Below, in pieces: positions 46,282 through 59,200 of a stretch of DNA of 64,000 nucleotides (its first letter is position 1; each line of letters begins with the position of its first letter). Location of the stretch: contig CATNEN010000041.1 in assembly GCA_950097015.1 (NCBI GenBank), positions 434,001 to 498,000 on the forward strand, in the 5' to 3' direction. The notes below the pieces were generated by a model that saw only the letters and a program-made list of their open reading frames with translations, searched no databases and was not told where the DNA came from. A program made the translations under genes and the position numbers. Origin of the DNA: Macrostomum hystrix. Lineage: Eukaryota > Animalia > Platyhelminthes.

Positions 46282-49200
46282 TCAGTCAGCGGCCGCAGCG
46301 GGCGGTCCGGCGGCCGTTGGCGCTGCCGGCATCGGCTCCAGGGTCCAGGCGCCGGCGCCGTCGAATCGCAGCAGCTGATCATGAAACTGCCACAGCGAAG
46401 GACGGTGCGTGATGGTCAGCAGGGTGATTCCGGAGTCCTTGGCAGCCTGGTAGATCTTGGCCTCCACGTCGATGCTGACGGCCGAGGTGCACTCGTCCAG
46501 CAGGGCGAATAATGGTCGGTGATACAGCAAGCGGGCCATTCCCAGTCGCTGCTTCTCGCCGCCGCTCAGCACGTCCGCCCACTCGCGCACCGCGCCCCAG
46601 CCGCCTTCGCGCTCCAGCAGGTAGCCAAGGTGGGCCGCCTCCAGCACAGCGCGCAGCTGGCCGTCCGTCACGCCTTTCGCCCGCCTCTGCTCGGCCGTGT
46701 CCGGATAAGTGACCTGCTCGCGGAGGTCGCCAACGCTCAGGTAGGGCCGCTGGGGAATGTAATAGAGCGTGTGCACCGGCGGCTTGACCAGGTGACCGCC
46801 GTACACTGGCCACAGGCCCGACAGGATCCGGAACAGCGATGACTTGCCGCACCCGTTCGGGCCTGCAAGGCACATGAAGACAAGGGAGAATTTGATTACT
46901 AAAGTCCAACACTCCATTACCAGAGTCCAACACTCCATTACCAGAGTCCAACACTCCATTACCAGAGTCCAACACTCCATTACCAGAGTCCAACACTCCA
47001 TTACCAGAGTCCAACACTCCATTACCAGAGTCCAACACTCCATTACCAGAGTCCAACACTCCATTACCAGAGTCCAGAACTCCATTACCAGAGTCCAAAA
47101 CTCCATTACCAGAGTCCAGAACTCCATTACCAAAGTCCAAAACTCCATTACCAAAGTCCAAAACTCCATTACCAGAGTCAATAAAAGTCGTTACTTGTTC
47201 CTCAGAAATCCACACTAGACAGCTAAAATGCCTAATCTAGGAGTCTAGGCAGACAAATGCAAGGACCCAATGAGGCCCTCACCTGTGATGAGCAGGTGGG
47301 TGCCCCGGTTCAGCCGCAGGCTGAGGGACTCGGCCACCACGTCGCCGTTGGGCGTCACGATGGGCACATCCCGCAGCTCGATGCAGTCGACGCTCTCGGT
47401 CACCTGGCCCCTGGCCGGCCGCATGCCGGGTCGCACGTATTTGCCCTGCTGCACATCGTTGAACACGTTCAGCATAGAGGACACCCGGCTAGTGTAGCCC
47501 GAGAGCTCCGTGACCTCCTTGTATGACGTCATGATGCGCTCGATGGCGTCGGCCGCGCTGACCAGCAGGTTCCTGGCCGTGGTGAAAGCCTGACCAGGTG
47601 GGAGTGCCAGAGTGGGGGGCTTTTGAGAGGCCGTTTTTTGCATTGGCGGACGCCATGAAATTGTAAGTCGGGAATTCCACAAGCCCACTGATACTTGAAT
47701 CGGAACACGTTTGCGACTTGAAGATTGGAAATACAAAATACTTTATTACTAACACTAACTAGATCGAGGGATCAGAATCGGGAGACTCAGGATCAGAATC
47801 GGGAGATTCAGGGATCAGAATCGGGAGATTCAGGGATCAGAATCGGGAGACTCAGGGATCAGAAGCGGGAGATTCAGGGATCAGAGTCAGGAGATTCAGG
47901 GATCAGAATCGGGAGATTTAGGGATCAGTTATTGGCAATCCGGGAAGGGCAAGCAAATTGTCACCTGTGTTCTCTCTGACACGCCACCATCCTGATCCTC
48001 GTCGACCAGGGTGCCGTCCGGCCGCTGTCCGGTGGCGGTAAGGATTGGCACGGCAACCATGGTCATGCCGGCCGCGCTCCAGACGTACTTCATGAGGAAC
48101 TGCTCCAGCATGACGTACCAGAGACGCTGGCGGAAGATGCGGCTGGACTGACGCGCCAGAGACTGGTAGGCGTCCTCCAGCACGCGCCGCTCGAGCCGAT
48201 GACCGCCGTAGAAGGCGATCTCCTCGGCGCAGGCGATCACGCGGCTGTGTACAAAACGCAGGCGGCCCTTCCGGCGGGCCTCCTCGGCCACCAGGCGGCC
48301 GAACTTTGGCGACAATGTGCGTAGGACCTCCCCGGTGAACAGGATCACCGCCGTGGCGAACACGCTGGGGAAACGGCTGGAGGCGCCGCGGCTGCGGGCT
48401 AGGCTGTACAGAGTGTAAGACATGATGGCCACGTCCAAGATGGGCTTGGTCAGGTGGGAGTACAGGTGAGCCAGGCTGCCAGTGAACTGGGAGATGTCCT
48501 CAGTCAGGCACTGATCAGCGTTCTGCAGCCGGCTGTCCAGGTTGCCCACCTGTGCGAAGGCAGCGACGGCAGCTAACATCACCACGCCTTCTGAATTTCC
48601 CCCAGCTAGCCATAACCCTCTCCGGCCCGTGTCTTTTGACTTTGCCGTAACCCTTCCTCTGTCCTTTCAGTAGGCCGCAACCTGTCCCTGTAATCTAATA
48701 ATAATAATAATAAATGATTACACCTGCCCCAATTGGGTCAGATGTGCAGCCGACAGCACAGCCGCAGCTAATGCGCGGCGCATCTGAAGGCTGCGTACGG
48801 CTGTTCAGTCCATGGACTGGGGGGACGCCACACCCACCTTCAATTATCCCAGCTGATGCTGGTACCCATTTAACAGCTGGGTGAACTGAAGAAATGCAGA
48901 GTTAAGTGTCTTGCTAAAGGACACAAATTGTTTCAGTGGAGTCGGGAATCGAACCCCCGACCTTCAAATCGTGAGTCCGACGCTCTAACCACTAGGCTAC
49001 AACCTCTTCAGGGAGAATCAGGGATCAAAATCGGGAAATCCCTGTACAGGGAGATTACAGGGAGATCCCTGTAATCTGAGTAGGCCGCAACCCTTCCCGG
49101 TCCTCTGAGGCTTTGAGTAGGCCGCAAACCCTGTCCTTCATTAAACTCACCTTGTAGTAAGTCTGGTCCCTGAAGTACTCATGGTAGCAGTGCATAGCCA

Positions 49201-49711
49201 GCCGGGTCCTCAGGGCCAGGGCCAGTTGGCTTTCCAGGAATCGAATGAGCGAGTTGACAAAAGTAGCTGGCAGGGCTAGCAGCAGCCACTTGGCGATCTG
49301 CAGCACGAAGCTGAGCACGTTGCGCTGAACGATTGCCTTGACAATACGGCCGTCCAGCTTGGCAACGTAGACGGACAGAAACGTCCTGGTGACCAGGGAG
49401 GCCGTGTGCAGCAGCAGGATGGCGAACTCCTTGCTGAACACTGACGGCACGCAGATGCGCACCAGACGGACTAAAGAGCGCAAGAAGGCCATGTCCACGG
49501 CCGCCTTCGACGCCTCATCTGCTTGGCTGCCGTCACCGCTTCCACCGCCGCCGGAGCCTCCGCCGACGCGTTTTCTCCGTCGCAGCAAGTGGAGCAGTTT
49601 GCGCAGGTGCAGCGACATGAGCAGAGCACCTGCAGTCACGGCCACGCCGCGCTGATGCGAGCGGGCAAAGGCCACGCAGGACAGGACAAGTCTGGACGCG
49701 TTGGGTGCCAT
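46282..49711 (-). CDS. ABCD1: Peroxisomal ABC half-transporter, ABCD1/ABCD2 (ALDP-type), 4 exons
   Basis: Exons 49711-49151, 48549-47965, 47589-47283, 46862-46282. Motifs [19 protein letters not shown]|[50 protein letters not shown]|[40 protein letters not shown]1 versus ABCD2 cannot be resolved. Confidence 0.93.
46903..47178. repeat. 21-bp minisatellite (about 13 copies) in ABCD intron 3
   Basis: Unit CCAGAGTCCAACACTCCATTA. Confidence 0.97.
47767..47927. repeat. 22-bp minisatellite (about 7 copies) in ABCD intron 2
   Basis: Unit CAGGGATCAGAATCGGGAGATT. Confidence 0.93.
48695..49004 (-). mobile_element. tRNA-derived SINE with CORE/Meta-like central domain and (ATT)n tail, in ABCD intron 1
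   Basis: Minus strand: head GGTTGTAGCCTAGTGGTTAGAGCGTCGGACTCACGATTTGAAGGTCGGGGGTTCGATTCC with A box (48999-48989) and B box (48955-48945); centre TGTGTCCTTTAGCAAGACACTTAACTC...CAGCTGTTAAATGGGTACC; simple-repeat tail. No clear TSD seen. Confidence 0.8.
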
Positions 49712-52700
49712 TAGCGCAGTTTCAATGAGCAAATTAATAGAAATATGGCAGACAGAGACCTAAGCTTCAACTTTCACTGCTGAGCCTCGATCACTGTAGG
49801 ACTGGCTCTTTCTCTCTGGCGACTCTTCGGTCTGAAAAATCAAATGCAAAGAGTTGGAGTGGTGCTTTGCATTTTTACAATTGCCTTTCTGTCTAAATGA
49901 GAGCGCGCTCAGCACTGTTATCAGCTGAGCCTCAGATTGAGCAGCGGGTTTCTGCTTGACCTAACTCTGCAACTCGGCCCATTATCTTAGCAGCCAATTA
50001 ACATGGCTTGAAGTGCAAGGCACACATTTTCTGAAGACCCAATACGATATACAGTAGTCACCACATTTTCAGGTTCTAGTTCTTAGAGAACTAAAATGAT
50101 AACAAGCTCATAGCCAGTTATTGCTTGCTGAACCTTTGTGCAACTCCTGATGCAAGACAAAGGGAGACAAGGCACAAGAAGAGAAAGGTGTATGTCTGAG
50201 CTGACAAATCAAAACACTGAGTGATACAATTTTCCACCACAAAGTGTTATTTTTCATGTCTATGCTTGAGTAAAGGTACTTTTTGGTTTAGTGACCATGA
50301 TGTGATTTATTTTATATCAATTTTTAAACAAAGCTATACTATAAAGCATTACTCTATTGCAACAAAATAAAGATTGATCCAAGTTACAGGTTTGGTCGAA
50401 TCAATAGCCATGTAACTCCAAAAAAATAGTTAACTCGCATTTTTATGCTTAATGTAGTAGACATTATAGTAGACATTCTAGATAGATTAAGAAAGGAGAA
50501 CAAGAAATAATATTATATTACTATACCTTTATAAGGGTGGCAGTGTAGTTATTGTATATTTTCACTCTTGTACTAAAGGTACCTCTAAGCTTAAACCCAT
50601 GGCAAGGCCAAATTAATTTGAGGTGCTTATAAAGAGAGGAGGCTTCAGGGCTGTCAGTGCTTTTGTGTACAATAAACTAGTTCAGTTTTATTGTAAGTCA
50701 ACAATAATTTATTTGTGTACATTTAGTGTTTCCCAACAAAAGCAGCCTAACTGGTTTGTAATGTAAAATACTACATTTCCTATGCAATAAAGTTGTTAGT
50801 GGTCAATTAGTCAGCCCCACATTAACTGTAATAATAGTGAATCCACTAGAATATGTTTTAAGCCCCTAAATTGTCATTCCCATTCATGTGGAACACAAAC
50901 TCCTGGATGTAGCTCTCAAATAAGGCATTCAATGTCCCAAGGAAGCAATCAAATATCATTTTGGTGCATAAAGACTTAGCATTTTAGCACAAAAAATTAA
51001 CAAATCAAGATATTTTTTGTTTAATTGAAAAATAAATGAACAAAATACTTATTGCTAAAGAAACACAGCACAAGAACAAAGAACAGAACAAACAAGAAGA
51101 ACAAACAAGGAACGAAGAATGAAGAGGAAAAAAGAAAGAATGAAGAAAAAACTAGTGTTTAATTGGCACTAAGCATTTTTTCATACATTTTTATGCAACT
51201 TTGTCTAAGGCATTATCCTAGATTCAATAATCATTTGGAATACTTTATAACTTTTTCATATCATAACTACTTGCCTAAAGTTAAACATTAGCTATAAACT
51301 GGGGCACTAAATTAGACAACTATAAACTAAAGCAATGGCTTAAAATTAAATTGCATCCATTTGCATGAAAGACACATATTCCACACTTTAGTGTGTTAGG
51401 GGGCATAACTTTTAGTAGGGACTAGAGCACAAGAAAACAAAAACACACATGTGTGTCTACATGTCTTCGTCTATATCTTGTTCCTATACCTTTAATCTGT
51501 TAGTACATTTTTATATTTAAGAGCAGATTGAGATAAGCTATTATTTTTTGTGGTAGTTTTAGTTTACGACATTATTCTGGAACTTTTAAAGAAGTAAGGA
51601 TTGTCATGACTAAAATCTTATAGCTAAATCTCTTTAAATAATATCACTTTAGACCAAACCGATCAGTAAATCAATTGAATCGAGATGGTCATAATAATTC
51701 TTACTTTCATAAAATTACTAGGCAGCGGCTAGAGGATGGATGGATGGAGGTAACTGTCTGATGTTTCATTATCGATTCGTTCTTAGAAATCTGGATAATT
51801 TAAAAAACAATTAATTCATAAAACAAAAATTGCATAAAGCCTTTACCACAAAGTCTTGATACCCGTAAAAAAGGCTAGCAAAAAAAACAAAAACAAAACA
51901 AAAAACTATCTGATTTAATCTATTCAGGGGCATGTCCAGAAAGCTAAACACTTCGGGTGCGTTCGAGTAGCTTAAAATAACTGTGCGTAGCCGGCCCTAC
52001 ACCAACGCGGCTCGAGACCGACTCATACATTCAAAGAGTTACCTAAGTCTCACGAAACCTGATGCATAATTTATCTAGATGAATGCTAGCTGCATGCACA
52101 GATACTAATCTGCATGGGGCTGCATGCTAGAAATATCATTTCTGGCCAACATTAGTCTGGAACCCGTGACTGGTAGGGCATATTCGTTAAGTTACAAAGG
52201 AGAGTCCACACTGTAAATTATCCATGCATAAAAACCAGTTACTAACCGTAATTTAAACTTTGCCTTTTAAAACCGACTAGTTCTACAAATTCTGGAAATT
52301 TACTTTATTTCTTAATTTAATTCTGCCAATTTCGAGGTGCAGCAGTTTCAATTCCCAAACCGTTTTTCAGTCATTCCCAACAACTGCCTATACGATCGCA
52401 TCATACAATTATCTGTCGATAATTGACAGAACCACGTACAGCTTAGTAGACGCAGTACATATATGTATACACGTCGGCACATTTATCAAAGAAATACGAA
52501 TATTACTCTGGTAAATAGAGTCCGCTTTTAAAGGGGAAATCTGCATTAAAAGTTGATTAATTACTATAGGTTGAAGTCAGTCGCGGGTCTAATTTAAGGA
52601 AATTTAAAGGTTTTCCACGGGCCCTGTGCAAAGGTTTTTTGCTAGCTAAACTAGATCAATGAAAAGGAATCCTTTTATTCGTTTTTGATCAATGCCAGGG

Positions 52701-53283
52701 TGATGTAATACAATTACCGCTGCAATATAATACTAAAATTTCCGAATGTCCAAATGCAGAATGTTTTGTACTTGTAATATCGTGAAAAGAATTTAACTAA
52801 ACTGTATTAATTTTTTGCAGATGGTTTCCATGCGCAGACAAGTGCATTTCATAAGCATGAAATTTGCAGATTGATTTGTGCGTGTGTAAACTAGAAGACA
52901 GAGGCCCTTAGCTTAATTCGCTTTATCAGATGCTCAGTAAAATATTTATTAAGCACGAGAGTTTGATTATAAGAGTGTAAACATTAAATGATTCGACATG
53001 AATAGCAAAAGCGGAATATTTATTTCTTAGAACGGTCGGTTATACAATTGGCCTTATTAGTCCCCTATAATTCACATGGAATTTTGAATTTTGTTTACAA
53101 AACAAGTTTTGGCAGTCCCCGTGTAGGGCCTCTATTTTTAGATGCCAATATCAATAAAAACAAAGTAATATCAAATTCTGTTTGCCAGCTCGTATCAGCA
53201 TAGCAAATTATTATCAGAGAGAAGCAGCGAATTTCTGTTTCCATAGTCAGTGGGCTTCAGTAGTTTTTCTCAATCAGCAACAA

Positions 53284-56200
53284 TTACTTTCGAGTTGGTG
53301 TGGACTTCTCCACTGGGCTCTTGTGCGACGAGCCGACCTTGGGCGAGCGGCCCTTCTTCGGCCTCTTGATGGCTTCGGCCTCCTTCTCCACGGCGGCTTC
53401 GGCCGGGCCAGCTGATGTCCGCTTGGCGAACAGGTTGTCCAGGGAGTTGTGCCGCTTCAACCCCATTAGGTGGCGGCATCGGTCCGAGATGCTGTGGTAA
53501 GCTTGCTCAGCCAGTCGTTTACCTCGCATGTGTTCGTCACGTATAACAAACACCTTGAACTCAGTCTCTGTGTATACGAGAGCCACCTTTCCGGTGTGGC
53601 CTACAACAAGCTGGAAGTCTTCTTCCAGCTCTTCCTCGGCCGAAGCAGACTGGATCTGCGTCTTCTTGCGAAGTCGGTGCAGAATAGACCTGCCGAGGAC
53701 TGCTCCGTTAGCCACCTGATCATTGCGTAGGATGCTCAGCTCGTTCTGTGCCTTGTCAAGTACAACGATGAGTGAACCGTCGCCAATGAAACGAGGAATA
53801 GTGTCCAGTTGGCCAGCTTCAGTTCCAGGGGACAGGTTGAGCTGCTTTAGTGCTTCTCCTCGACTAGTATCATACACACGAAGTCCCTTATCGATTCCGA
53901 ACTTGCCGTCTCTGGTGATGTCTTTGATGTAGTCCTGTGTGGAGAAGGAGGAAATGACGCTGGCTTTCTGAATGTCCACCTTAGCGTACTGGATCTCATT
54001 CTCCTTGATGACGAATTGGATCAGAACAGTGTTAGGGCTTTCGTCTGGAACTAGCATGTCCTTGACCAGCGGAATCCTGGCGTATTCATCGATTCCTTTC
54101 AACAAACTTGCCACATCAACCTCATGCTGAACTCGCTCGAACAGCTGGCCTCCCAAAGCCTTCACAAGGCGACCGTTTCTGCCGCAGCAAATCACTAGTC
54201 GGCTATTTGAATCAACGAGTTTGGAGGCGATGATCCTGTGCTCAAGATATGTTTGTCGTAGGAACTGACCAGTCGGAAGATCGTAAGCGCTCAGAATATC
54301 ATTTGCTTCTGGTGACTCTCGCGTCCTACTAGCATGGTCCGGTTTCAAGGTGAGAAGCAAACGGCTGGTGACGTGGCTCACGAGCTCACCAGTGATGGAA
54401 ATTTGGCTAACCAGCTGACCTGTGTCTGTGTCGTGCACTCTGATCACCTTCTGACCGTATGGATCTCCATGTTCAGGTCGCGATTTTGCTGCCGGGCCTA
54501 CTGTTGGCGTAGCCTCGATGTAGAGACCACCTGTGAAATAGTTCCTGTCTGGCAGCTCCGGTTTGCGAAGCTTTGCTCCCCGTTCACTCGCCACAGCAGC
54601 TCGCCTGGAATCAGACATGCCCGCGGAGTCGTCTGCTACCGATTTTCGCTTCGGCTTTTTGGCTTCAAAGATAAGCAGCAACTTTTCGCCATCAGGTGTT
54701 ATCTTCCGCTGCACTGGAAAGCTTCCTATTACTTGAGATTTGTGCGTCATGTCGTACGTGAGGAAACTGCCATTGTCCAAATTGAGAAATGTGAAGTCGC
54801 ATAGATCTGGGTTGTTGTCGTACAAGATGTTCAAGTCAGTATGGTAATAGGGGCTCCTGAGTGCAGTTCCGTAGTACGCCACTTGCGCATCCGCCTGACC
54901 AGGGCGATCATTAGAGGACTTAAGACTGCTTAGTGTCACCTGTGTTGGTGTGACAAGAAGCGTCAATCGCTCCTTTATTACGTACGCGTCTTCAATACGA
55001 TTACCAACGCTGACCTGCTGTACTAGCTCTCCTGAGCTGCAGTTGAATAAGCGGATTTTTGTGTCGGTCTCGCTGTGAAGAACAAACTGATAAACGTGAG
55101 CGCCATCAACGGAGAATCTCGTCACGGCATTTGGCACGCTGGGTAATACAGCCTGAACTGTCTTCTGTCCAACCGACCAGATTGTCTCGACTGTACGAAT
55201 GTCATTGACGTTATACTCAACGATGAGATACTTCTCGTCGATGGACAACATCATGTTGGTCACAGAAGTCTGAGGCTTGTACTTCAGGAAGAGGGCCTTG
55301 AACTCAGCACCAAGATTTTCTTGCTTCTCCAAGCTGAGCTCAACTGATGGTGTCAGCTTCTTGATGTCCCGTTTTATGGCTTGTGCAATATCGTAGCGCA
55401 GGACGAGTCCAAGATTCTTACATCCAACGAAGACGAACTCTGTGCGCGTGTTAGACAGCAGGCAGGTGGCATAGAGGTGGCATGAAAGGGCGCACAATTG
55501 GTCTCCTGTTGTGGTGTTAAGCATTCGCAGATTTGTCTCGATTTTTCCAGAGTCGGCCTTCCAAGCCTTTGGGGCAATAATGTACTTATCGTTTGGTGTG
55601 ATCAAGAAGGGCCAGTGAAAGTTCTTGAACTCCAGCGCAGGCGACGCATTCGAGTGCTGATAGACGCGTACCTTGCCGTCAACGCGCAGAAGTACATAGC
55701 TCTTCGTCAGATAAACAATCTGAGGCCTCTCTGAGGCTCTGAACTCCAACTTGTTGTCGAATGTAGCGGTGCTTAAATTTAGGAACAGATAGCCGCACAC
55801 GTCTCTGTCGGCGACGCGTTTCTTGTAGTGAATCAGCATCTGCTCGTCAGTCTGGGGCATGTAGGTTATGTCCAGAAACCTGCTGCCATCGTGCTCTCCA
55901 AGATTCAGAATCTGCGACTTTGTGGCGGACTTGGCGTCCCAAACATAGAGGAAGAGCTCCCCGTTAATAATTATCAGAGTGGCCAGGAAGCGGTTGTCAG
56001 GCGACAGGGCGCAGTGAATTGCAGCGCTCGCGGGTCCTGGCAGAGGCACCTTTGTTTCATCCATCTCCACTGGCGGAAATGAAGGCACTACTGGGCACAG
56101 ACAATTAACTCGAATTCCTAAGCTGTCGATCTGTTGCAGGAGAGCCGTGATGAGAACTTGCGATCCTGCTAGGTGGCAGAGTCGGCCTGCAAGTTCGACG

Positions 56201-59200
56201 CCCATGAGGCTGAGGTCCTTCTCGATTATTGGAGCAAGCAAGCGCAACAGTGAGATAAGCACCTCCAGCTCCTGGTTCGCTCGAACCTCGTAGTTCTGGC
56301 GCAGAAAGTAGAATTCAGAGATAAGGTCGTTGACGCTAGATGTATTGAGTTTGGCGTACAGGTAGTCAAAGTTAAATAAGCAAGAGCGATACAGGTCAGA
56401 GACTTTTTCTCCCTTCAGTAGGCTGTATGTCAGCTCACTGAGCTTTCTGGAATTGCTCACTGAGAACTCGCGACCACTCCACATGAAGGACTGGTAGAGG
56501 GCCACTCGGTCCACGTTTACACTCTTGGACTCATCTCCATCCGTCTGTGTCTTCTCAAACAGAGGCTTGGCTTTTGCCCCGGCCCAGCGACCACTCCAGT
56601 ACTCTGCAAGTTGCTGGCTGACTTGAACGCCGAACTCTTTGTTAAGCTGGTAGTAGTCTGTCGCTGCCGAGCGCAAAACATCGTGCGCCCAGGTGTACAC
56701 CAGACGATCGTCCAGCTGCACGCTCATAAGGTAGTGCTCAATATCGTCAAGAAAGGCTGTGATTATTCCCATAGGAACGCGGTAGAAGTTCGAGTGCTTG
56801 GCATCAAAGCCGGAGTCGATTGCGACTGAATTGTCCAGACTGAGTACGTCCTGCAACTCCGACAGGGACAATCCAAATCGCGAGCAGCTGATGTAGGAAA
56901 GGATGCTCTTCACAACCCATAGGCCATGCTTCTGCTCCAGCTGCTCCAGCCGCTTCATGAAGATAAGTTTCACTCTGTCTGGAAGCTTGTCCTCACGACA
57001 GGGCAGAACGTCGGCCAAAATGATGGGGAAAAGTGGGTAGGAGTTGTTCTGCAGCAGAGAGTTCGCCAGCTCGCGGTTCTTGTCACCGATGGTTTTCCCT
57101 TTTGTGGCTAGAATGCTTGGAAATTCCTTGATGACCAATGAAGGAGCGATGCCGGTCAGCGTCAGCGAGCTGCTGTCGTCAAAGCGTCGCTTAAAGTTCG
57201 TGATGAAACTCTCACTTCCAGCAGTCACGAGCACTTTCACATTAGCAGGCAGTCGATGGGGCAGCCAACGGAACAGCTCCGTGTGGCTCTGGGGATAAAG
57301 CAGGTCAATGTCATCTAGCACGATCAACAGCGGCTTCTTGAATCCGGGGAGTTGCAGCGCTCGAGTAAAGTCGTACACCACCTGAGCGTATTCGCAGCTC
57401 GGTGAAAACTGCTTCCTTGCATGGAAGTAGATCTCCTGCGTAATGTTCGCGATTATCTGCTGCAGCGTGCTCGATAACGTTGTGCGACCGCAGCTTCGTT
57501 TGATGATGACAAGATTGTCATCTAAGACCTGGTCAATCAGCTGCTTTATAATGGCTGTCTTGCCTGAGCCGTGATCGCCATAGAGAAGTCCAGGTAGCTG
57601 GGATTTTGAATTCACGTAGTTCTGTAAGATTTTGAGCTCGCGGTCACGGCTGAAGACAGGTGCTCGAGGCCGCTGTACTGCCAAGATGGCGTCGTGAGTT
57701 TCAATTTCTTTGGGCAGCGGTAGGGCCAGAAATTCGCGCCGGCCGCAAAACTTCATCACGTGGTTCTTCAACTTTTCAAAGGTCTGCTTGGCGAAAATAG
57801 TCAGGTAAGTTGTGGCCTTCATGTCCTTGCTGGCTAGTGAAGTCTCAGCCAGCTTGCTGACAACATTCGATTTGTTCCTCTGCACGAGCTTGTACTCAGA
57901 GAGCATCGCAGACGAGATGGAGAAGCGGACATAGTGCTCCTTTGGCAGGCGCTGGAGGAACTCCTCTCGAAGCTGCTGCACCTTCTCGTTGCTAGACTGG
58001 TTGAATCGTCCGAATGCATCTAGGTCGAGAAACTGCTCTTTCAACTCGTTGTCCTCAGTTGCACCCCACTCTCGGACGTCCTTCAATACTCGAGCAAAGG
58101 CGATGCACTGCTCGGTCGGCTTCTTGCTCGCCTTTAGGTACTTCAGGTAGTGCTCGACCACTGCAATGCAAGGCAGATTTTTGTTCTTCATTTTGTATAT
58201 TTTATTGCTAAATGCTAAATTCTAAACATGCTAAATTCTAAACATGCTAAATTCTAAACATGCTAAATTCTAAACATGCTAAATTCTAAACATGCTAAAT
58301 TCTAAACATGCTAAATTCTAAACATGCTAAATTCTAAACATGCTAAATTCCAAACATGCTAAATTCTAAACATGCTAAATTCTAAACATGCTAAATTCTA
58401 AACATGCTAAATTCTAAACATGCTAAATTCTAAACATGCTAAATTCTAAACATGCTAAATTCTAAACATGCTAAATTCTAAACATGCTAAATTCTAAACA
58501 TGCTAAATTCTAAACATGCTAAATTCTAAACATGCTAAATTCTAAACATGCTAAATTCTAAACATGCTAAATTCTAAACATGCTAAATTCTAAACATGCT
58601 AAATTCTAAACATGCTAAATTCTAAACATGCTAAATTCTAAACATGCTAAATTCTAAACATGCTAAATTCTGTCGAGGAAATTTTGCTTTCCTTTTGCAG
58701 CTTTTACATTTTGCTGCGTAAACCATTTGATTAATCTATTGGGCTCTCAAACCCAAAAACTAAATTCAAACGGGTTGATAAACTGCGGTCTCCGAAGTTT
58801 CGCAGCTTTCTTTGTAAAAATGTCTCACACTGAGGAACGGCAAAAGTCTCCGACCCCCGAAACAAGCTGCAAAAGATCAAAGAGAGGGCGAACGCACTAT
58901 TCCACAGTGCAATGCCATTTTCAGCTTGTCAGTCAATGAGAGAGGCAGCTGACTTCGCTTTCAGTCGAGTAGGTCATCCGCTGAAGACTCGCAGTTAGCC
59001 ATTCATTTATTGCCTCGCTATTGTTCTAGCTCAGCTTTGCTCTTTGAGCGACAATCGCTAATCTAGAAATGTCACAAAGCCATTTCCCTTTTGTAGCGCA
59101 AGGCTGGTTTTCTCGTACTCGTATTATAATGCTTCGCCTGGAGCTTACGTGGGACGAAGAGCGCGTCCGCCTGGTCCTGGCTCAGCGTCCCATCGCTAAC

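Noticed and set aside
23850-58671. Tandem arrays as CRISPR arrays
   Set aside because: Units are head-to-tail with no unique spacers, there are no cas genes, and the context is spliced eukaryotic genes.
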